The translations under genes were made by a program, and so were the position numbers. This document shows, piece after piece, positions 58,699-64,000 of a stretch of DNA of 64,000 nt. Source of the DNA: Anaerolinea sp. (GTDB taxonomy: Bacteria > Chloroflexota > Anaerolineae > Anaerolineales > Anaerolineaceae); NCBI GenBank assembly GCA_013824865.1, contig PNON01000005.1, forward strand, positions 9,243-73,242, written 5' to 3'. Each line of letters begins with the position of its first letter. The first letter of the stretch is position 1. The notes below the pieces were generated by a model that saw only the letters and a program-made list of their open reading frames with translations, was not told where the DNA came from and ran no database searches.

Positions 58699-61392
58699 AT
58701 GGCAGACCTATTAATCAATCCCTTCTCCCCAAAATTGCTCAGCTTAAACGACGAGAATTACCTATTTTATCCATTATTACAGGTTGAGGATTATTTTTCC
58801 ATCAAGCTAAGCCTTCTTCCTTATTGCATTCGAATCCTTTTAGAAAGTGCCATCCGATATTATGATGGTGAGACGATTACAGATGCTGCCTTAGAAGCTC
58901 TGGCACGATGGTCCGGTAAGGAGGTCGATCATGGTTCTTTTCCATTTATTCCCGGCAGGATCTTGTTGCAGGACTTGACGGGTGTGCCGCTGGTGGTGGA
59001 CCTGGCTTCACTGCGTTCCGCAGTCGCGCGAATGGGTAATGATCCTTCCTGGGTGAATCCAGTCATCCCGGTTGACCTGGTGATCGACCATTCCATTCAG
59101 GTGGATCATTATGGCAGCCACCAGGCGTTGGCATTGAATACAGCGTTGGAATATTCGCGCAACAGTGAGCGCTACAGCTTCCTCAAGTGGGCGCAAGGGT
59201 CCATCCAGGGATTCCGCGTCATTCCCCCGGCATCCGGCATTGTGCACCAGGTGAACCTGGAATACCTGGCACAGGTGACCATGACCGTTGAACGGAACGG
59301 GGCAACATGGGTCTTTCCCGATAGTGTCTATGGAACGGACTCGCACACCACCATGGTCAGCGGGATGGGGGTGCTGGGTTGGGGTGTTGGCGGCATCGAA
59401 GCAGCAGCTGCCATGCTCGGACAGCCAGTGGAAATCCTGATCCCGGATGTGGTTGGCGTGCAGGTCACCGGTAAGTTACCCGAAGGTGCATCACCAACAG
59501 ATATTGTCTTGACACTTACCAACCAGCTTCGCCAGTTGGGCGTAGTGAATAAGATCGTGGAATTTTTTGGCTCGGGGGTGGATGAGCTTACCATCCCGGA
59601 CAGAGCAATGCTAGCCAATATGGCACCTGAATATGGCGCCACTACCGCATATTTCCCGGTGGATATGGCTGTCATTCGCTATCTGCGTTTGACCGGCCGC
59701 AGTGCTGAACACACAGCCCTGGTTAAAGCGTATTTCAAAGCACAGGGATTATTCCGAAGCGCGGATAGCCCAATACCTGCTTATTCCCAGGTTGTGGAGT
59801 TGGCGCTGGACAAGGTCGAACCCAGCATGGCCGGTCCCAAAAGACCGCAGGATATCATCCCTTTACGGGATGTCAGCAGCAATTTCACATTATCTCTCAC
59901 AGCGCCTTCAAATAAGCGTGGCTTTGCGCTCTCAAATGCTGAATCTGTAGATGTGATTCCAGCGGAGATTAAAGGTCAATCAGTGGAAATGGATCATGGA
60001 TTTGTGGCTATTGCAGCCATCACCTCCTGCACCAACACTTCCAATCCCTTCGCGCTCATCAGCGCCGGGTTGCTGGCTAAAAAAGCAGTATCCCTCGGTT
60101 TGCGCAGCCAGCCTTACGTAAAAACAAGTCTCGCGCCCGGCTCGCGGGCTGTCACTGCCTACCTGCAGCAGGCTGGTCTGCTGGAACCGTTGGAAGTGCT
60201 GGGATTTCACATTACCGGCTATGGCTGCACTACCTGCATCGGCAATTCCGGCCCTCTGGATGCGGAAGTAGCCAGTACCATTCAACACAATAAACTCATT
60301 GCGGCATCTGTGCTTTCCGGCAACCGCAACTTTGAAGGCAGGGTGCATCCGCTGGTGCAGGCTAATTACCTCGCTTCTCCCGCATTGGTCGTCGCTTACG
60401 CCATCCTGGGCAGCATTAATAAAGACATTCTTGCTACTCCACTCGGTTTTGACATGAAGGGTAACCCTGTGTTCCTGAAAGACATCTGGCCGACCAACCA
60501 TGAAGTACAGAAAGTGATCCAACGTGTGATCAACAAAGATATCTATTACAATACCTACGCGCATATTATGGATGGCGATCAACGCTGGCAAGACATCTCT
60601 GCAAATACCAGCCTGCTCTACCCCTGGGACGATAGCTCCAGCTACATCCGTGAATCACCCTTCTGTTCCATGCCTTCCCCGGAAAATTCGGAAATCAAGA
60701 ACGCCCGCATCCTGGCCATCTTTGGCGATTCCATCACCACCGACCACATCTCCCCGGCCGGCGCCATCCACGGGAAATCTGCTGCGGCAAACTACCTGTC
60801 GTCCTTGCGTATCGCACCCGCAGACTTTATCACCTACGGCAGCCGGCGCGGCAACCACGAGGTGATGATGCGGGCAACCTTTGCCAATATCCGTCTTAAA
60901 AACCTGATGCTGCCTGATATGGAAGGCAGTTTTACCCTGCATCAGCCTGGCGGAAAACAAATGAGCATCTACGAAGCATCCGAGCATTACCGCAAAGCAG
61001 GTATTGACCTGGTGGTGATTGCCGGTAAGGAATATGGCACCGGTTCCAGCCGGGACTGGGCAGCAAAAGGTCCGCTGTTATTGGGTGTAAAGGCAATCAT
61101 TGCTGAGACATTCGAGCGCATCCATCGCTCCAACCTGCTGGGTATGGGTATATTACCGTTGCAATTCAAACCGGGAGAGAACGCTGCCATCCTGGGGTTG
61201 GATGGCACGGAAGAGATCACGCTGGCCGGGTTGGATACAGTTACTGCTGGAAGTGAATTGACTGTTTCAGCAACCAAACCAGATGGCCGGAGTATCCATT
61301 TCAAGGTATCTGCTATGTTGAATTCCTCTGTTGAGGTTCAACTCTGGCAATCCGGCGGAATACTAATTTCCTATATGCATCCCGCAATGTAA
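58699..61392 (+). CDS. acnA: aconitate hydratase A
   Basis: 897 aa with Fe-S ligand regions (TSCTNTSNP, GYGCTTCIGNSG) and a swivel domain. It starts 1 nt after icd. Confidence 0.93.
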   Translation: MADLLINPFSPKLLSLNDENYLFYPLLQVEDYFSIKLSLLPYCIRILLESAIRYYDGETITDAALEALARWSGKEVDHGSFPFIPGRILLQDLTGVPLVVDLASLRSAVARMGNDPSWVNPVIPVDLVIDHSIQVDHYGSHQALALNTALEYSRNSERYSFLKWAQGSIQGFRVIPPASGIVHQVNLEYLAQVTMTVERNGATWVFPDSVYGTDSHTTMVSGMGVLGWGVGGIEAAAAMLGQPVEILIPDVVGVQVTGKLPEGASPTDIVLTLTNQLRQLGVVNKIVEFFGSGVDELTIPDRAMLANMAPEYGATTAYFPVDMAVIRYLRLTGRSAEHTALVKAYFKAQGLFRSADSPIPAYSQVVELALDKVEPSMAGPKRPQDIIPLRDVSSNFTLSLTAPSNKRGFALSNAESVDVIPAEIKGQSVEMDHGFVAIAAITSCTNTSNPFALISAGLLAKKAVSLGLRSQPYVKTSLAPGSRAVTAYLQQAGLLEPLEVLGFHITGYGCTTCIGNSGPLDAEVASTIQHNKLIAASVLSGNRNFEGRVHPLVQANYLASPALVVAYAILGSINKDILATPLGFDMKGNPVFLKDIWPTNHEVQKVIQRVINKDIYYNTYAHIMDGDQRWQDISANTSLLYPWDDSSSYIRESPFCSMPSPENSEIKNARILAIFGDSITTDHISPAGAIHGKSAAANYLSSLRIAPADFITYGSRRGNHEVMMRATFANIRLKNLMLPDMEGSFTLHQPGGKQMSIYEASEHYRKAGIDLVVIAGKEYGTGSSRDWAAKGPLLLGVKAIIAETFERIHRSNLLGMGILPLQFKPGENAAILGLDGTEEITLAGLDTVTAGSELTVSATKPDGRSIHFKVSAMLNSSVEVQLWQSGGILISYMHPAM

Positions 61393-61470
61393 ATTAACCG
61401 AAAACAAAGTAATTTGCAGCAACTTGTAATATACGAATGCGTTGCCCAAACATTGTATAGACCCTTCCCC

Positions 61471-61498
61471 TTGAAATTTCCTCATTCCGGGTTATAAT
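61471..61498 (+). promoter_or_regulatory. near-consensus promoter upstream of cysK-cysE
   Basis: TTGAAA (61471-61476), 16 nt, TATAAT (61493-61498). The ATG of the mini-ORF begins 7 nt after the -10. Confidence 0.55.
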
Positions 61499-61504
61499 TT
61501 GCCT

Positions 61505-61564
61505 ATGAAATTAGCTTGCCCGGTTAAATTCAACTTCCTCTGCATGTGTCCCTGGCGGGATTGA
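61505..61564 (+). CDS. candidate leaderless leader peptide MKLACPVKFNFLCMCPWRD (3 Cys in 19 aa)
   Basis: The reading is ATG 61505 ... TGA 61562-61564, with Cys codons at 61517, 61541 and 61547. There is no SD, and the ATG sits at the predicted transcription start. The 3' codons form the left arm of the following hairpin. Confidence 0.45.
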   Translation: MKLACPVKFNFLCMCPWRD

Positions 61565-61588
61565 TTTACGCCGCCCAGGTCTGATTTT
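61551..61588 (+). terminator. terminator-like attenuator hairpin in the cysK leader
   Basis: CCTGGCGG (61551-61558) pairs with CCGCCCAGG (61571-61579), giving 8 bp with a 1-nt bulge, GC-rich. TCTGATTTT follows. It lies 157 nt upstream of the cysK ATG. Confidence 0.45.
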
Positions 61589-61744
61589 CCCCTATCCTAT
61601 CATTCCAATCAGCGGCTGATCATCCCGCTAACACCTTTACTAAAAGGATGTTTTCGCATTCTCCATCCGCGAAGCTTGCCTTTCGGATTTAACCGTGCGA
61701 ACCCAAGAACCACTTTTCGTCATCATCTTATTTAGGAGTCTCTC

Positions 61745-62677
61745 ATGAAAATCGCTAACAATGTCACTGATTTGATCGGCAATACCCCGCTCATCCGCCT
61801 TAACCGTGTCACTGGCGGTGTGAAAGCGGAAGTCCTCGCCAAGCTCGAATATTACAATCCAGCCCACAGCGTCAAGGACCGAATTGGATACTCCATGATC
61901 GCAGCCGCTGAGAAAGCTGGTCAGATCATCGCTGATACGGTGATCATCGAGCCCACCAGCGGCAATACCGGCATAGCAATCGCCATGGTCTGCGCCGCGC
62001 GCGGATACCGCTGCATGCTGGTAATGCCGGATACCATGAGCAAGGAGCGGCGCATGCTACTGCGCGCGTACGGAGCAGAGCTGCTGCTCACTCCCGGTGC
62101 GGAAGGTATGCCGGGCGCCATTCGCAAAGCCGAGGAACTGGCTGCCCAGAATCCCAACTACTTGCTGCTGCAGCAATTCAACAACCCGGCCAATCCTGCC
62201 ATCCACCGCACCACCACCGCGGAAGAGATCTGGCGCGACACGGATGGAAAAGTCGACATCCTGGTGGCTGGTGTCGGCACCGGCGGCACCATCACCGGCG
62301 TTGGCGAAATCCTCAAGCAGCGTAACCCAGATTTCAAGGTGATCGCAGTAGAGCCGGATTCCTCCGCGGTACTCTCCGGCGAACCCAAAGGTCCCCATAA
62401 GCTACAAGGACTCGGTCCGGGCTTTATCCCCTCGATTCTCAATACGGCTATATACGACGAGATCATCCGCGTGAAAGATGATGATGCCTTCGAGATGGCT
62501 CGCAGAATGGCGCGTGAGGAAGGCTTGCTGGTCGGCATCTCCTCCGGGGCTGCCACCTGGGCCGCGCTGCAGGTTGCGCGCCGTCCGGAGAACAAAGGCA
62601 AGCGCATCGTGGTCATTATTCCATCCTTTGGTGAGCGCTACCTGAGCACACCGCTTTTCGCCAACCTGGCAGATTAG
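61745..62677 (+). CDS. cysK: cysteine synthase A (O-acetylserine sulfhydrylase)
   Basis: 310 aa with the PLP-Lys motif NPAHSVKDR, plus TSGNTGIA and [15 protein letters not shown] lies 8 nt upstream. Confidence 0.93.
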   Translation: MKIANNVTDLIGNTPLIRLNRVTGGVKAEVLAKLEYYNPAHSVKDRIGYSMIAAAEKAGQIIADTVIIEPTSGNTGIAIAMVCAARGYRCMLVMPDTMSKERRMLLRAYGAELLLTPGAEGMPGAIRKAEELAAQNPNYLLLQQFNNPANPAIHRTTTAEEIWRDTDGKVDILVAGVGTGGTITGVGEILKQRNPDFKVIAVEPDSSAVLSGEPKGPHKLQGLGPGFIPSILNTAIYDEIIRVKDDDAFEMARRMAREEGLLVGISSGAATWAALQVARRPENKGKRIVVIIPSFGERYLSTPLFANLAD

Positions 62678-62687
62678 GAGGCACTCT

Positions 62688-63392
62688 ATGTTGGACATGA
62701 TGAGAGATGATATCCGCTCAGTTTTCGACCGCGACCCGGCAGCCCGCAGTACATTGGAGATACTGTTGTGCTACCCCGGTTTGCAGGCAGTGTGGGGTCA
62801 TCGGCTGGCGCATTGGTTGTGGAAGCACAAAATGAAACTCATTGGCCGCGCTGTCTCGCAGACCTTCCGCTGGACGACCGGCATCGAGATCCACCCCGGA
62901 GCAACGATCGGCAGACGCTTCTTCATCGATCATGGCATGGGCGTAGTGATCGGTGAGACCGCTGAGATCGGTGAGGATGTGACCCTCTACCACGGGGTGA
63001 CGCTGGGCGGCGTCAGCTGGCAAAAAGGAAAGCGCCACCCCACACTGGAAGCAGGTGTTGTGGTGGGGGCTGGCGCCAAGATACTGGGCGCCATCACCAT
63101 CGGTGAGAACTCCCGCGTGGGCGCCAACGCGGTGGTGGTCAAATCGGTGCCGCCGCAGTCGGTGGTGGTGGGCATCCCCGGACAGGTGGTCACCCGCAGC
63201 CACCCGCTGCATCACGAGCACGACAAGGCCGACCTGGAGCACAACCAGCTACCCGATCTGGTGGGGCAGACCCTGGTCAGCCTGATGAAACGGATGGAGG
63301 TGATGGAAGCTCAGTTACACATCCAGACGAATGGCAGCGCTCCGCGCGTGTCAGAGCAGGGTGTGTGGAGCGGCCAGGATTTTCAGATATAG
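62688..63392 (+). CDS. cysE: serine O-acetyltransferase
   Basis: 234 aa with the N-terminal SATase helix region ([20 protein letters not shown]) and hexapeptide repeats ([22 protein letters not shown]). Confidence 0.92.
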   Translation: MLDMMRDDIRSVFDRDPAARSTLEILLCYPGLQAVWGHRLAHWLWKHKMKLIGRAVSQTFRWTTGIEIHPGATIGRRFFIDHGMGVVIGETAEIGEDVTLYHGVTLGGVSWQKGKRHPTLEAGVVVGAGAKILGAITIGENSRVGANAVVVKSVPPQSVVVGIPGQVVTRSHPLHHEHDKADLEHNQLPDLVGQTLVSLMKRMEVMEAQLHIQTNGSAPRVSEQGVWSGQDFQI

Positions 63393-63592
63393 AAATTAAG
63401 AAGAAGAATTTTCAACAGCTGGCAAGTAATTGATTTATCAGTTATTGATTTAGCACGTGCATTCCATAACTTTGCAGATATCAAAAGATTCAGCTAAAGG
63501 CAATGGGCCAGGAAACTGGCTCATTTTTGAATCCTGATATTATCTCGATTGCATGCATTAAATGGAAACATTATATTCCTTATACAAGAATC

Positions 63593-63620
63593 TTGAAATT
63601 CACTGATGCCTTCCTATAAT
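63593..63620 (+). promoter_or_regulatory. candidate promoter for the last (truncated) gene
   Basis: TTGAAA (63593-63598), 16 nt, TATAAT (63615-63620), about 135 nt upstream of ATG 63757. Confidence 0.4.
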
Positions 63621-63756
63621 GATGCTGTGGAAAACTATCAATCTTCGCCCTACCCCATCCACGAGGCATTAGTTGCTAATACATGCTGAAGGACATTCGT
63701 ATGTTGTAATTGTCGGGTTCCATCCAACCAGATGTCATTGCGTTTTGGAGATAATC

Positions 63757-64000
63757 ATGAACCATTCGGGATTTCTTAATTCGAAGATGTCTGAAACAAT
63801 TTATCACCTGCTGCAGAAATTATTTTTTTCAGGTAAGAATCGAGGCAGGGGTATCCGATTTGCCTCTGTTTTGCTGTTGGTTGCTATTCTTCCAGGCAAT
63901 GTCCAGGGTGCTGCACCTTTTCAAACAAAAATCTCCTCAACAACTGAAGAATATTCCCGGCAAACCAGGATCACCAATCCACACCTGCTATCTCCCAACG
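63757..64000 (+). CDS. hypothetical secreted protein, N-terminal fragment (3' end outside the window)
   Basis: ATG 63757 is preceded by GGAG (63747-63750), and the frame is open to the window end. A signal-peptide-like segment is present (RFASVLLLVAILPGNVQGAAP). It is absent from the ORF track, presumably because it is open-ended. Confidence 0.4.
   Translation, partial: MNHSGFLNSKMSETIYHLLQKLFFSGKNRGRGIRFASVLLLVAILPGNVQGAAPFQTKISSTTEEYSRQTRITNPHLLSPN

Noticed and set aside
61393-61744. Known riboswitch or T-box in the cysK leader (SAM/S-box, T-box specifier plus T-box sequence).
   Set aside because: None of the conserved cores was recognisable, for example the T-box AGGGTGGTACCGCG-like sequence or the S-box GGC...AGAG..GG junction motifs. 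The Cys-rich mini-ORF plus hairpin is the better explanation, but an Rfam scan should still be run.
63433-63462. Direct repeat TTGATTTA (x2, 16-nt pitch) downstream of cysE, and the weak hairpin GCCAG-gaaa-CTGGC plus TCATTTTT at 63507-63528.
   Set aside because: The repeat is short and AT-rich. The hairpin has only a 5-bp stem, so it is at best a weak cysE terminator. This is not enough support to list either as a feature.

Overview
This window is a gene-dense, mostly housekeeping stretch of bacterial chromosome. About 58 protein genes, 2 tRNAs and 1 RNase P RNA can be supported. I found no transposase, integrase, CRISPR array or recognisable defence genes. Gene content (for example a TIGR03663-type membrane glycosyltransferase fused to NHL repeats, a long AtpA, and a dcw cluster without murE) suggests a Chloroflexota/Anaerolineae-like organism, but that is only an inference.

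Layout:
- 2-9382: recG (5' truncated), coaD, folC-lon, and a DUF503-SDR-radical SAM (TIGR03960)-TIGR03936 operon.
- 9403-13509: an accessory-looking, lower-GC patch with an EamA transporter, an 11-haem membrane-anchored cytochrome c, tRNA-Arg(CCG), a 2-TM orphan and mreB.
- 13669-20847, minus strand: atpAGDC (no atpBEFH) and yebC-ruvC-trmH-like-ruvA.
- 20983-27109: a sortase-like protein, an FAH-family hydrolase, tRNA-Val(UAC), a low-GC orphan, and a 1120-aa GT-C/NHL fusion.
- 27338-30343: comM/yifB and two membrane proteins.
- 30636-47822: a near-complete dcw cluster (mraZ-rsmH-ftsL-like-ftsI-murF-mraY-murD-ftsW-murG-[membrane protein]-murC-murB-ddl-ftsQ-ftsA-ftsZ).
- 48098-51820: nrdR-nrdJ and rnpB.
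- 52155-55193: an ECF Co/Ni transporter (cbiMQO) divergent from a Fur-family regulator.
- 55185-61392: a TCA entry cluster (gltA-iclR, divergent from icd-acnA).
- 61745-64000: cysK-cysE and a truncated secreted protein.

The most interesting unexplained signal is upstream of cysK-cysE. A near-consensus promoter is positioned so that transcription would start on the ATG of a 19-codon ORF (MKLACPVKFNFLCMCPWRD, 3 Cys). The last codons of that ORF form the left arm of a GC-rich hairpin followed by a U-tract. This looks like a candidate cysteine-sensing leader-peptide attenuator.

Other items worth a second look:
- a ~170-nt extended, branched inverted-repeat element just after rnpB;
- a phased (G)TGG repeat array at the mraZ promoter;
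- a 40-50 aa insertion in AtpA;
- the multihaem cytochrome;
- the conserved radical SAM pair of unknown function.

All calls rest on reading the sequence and translations by eye. No database search was run.
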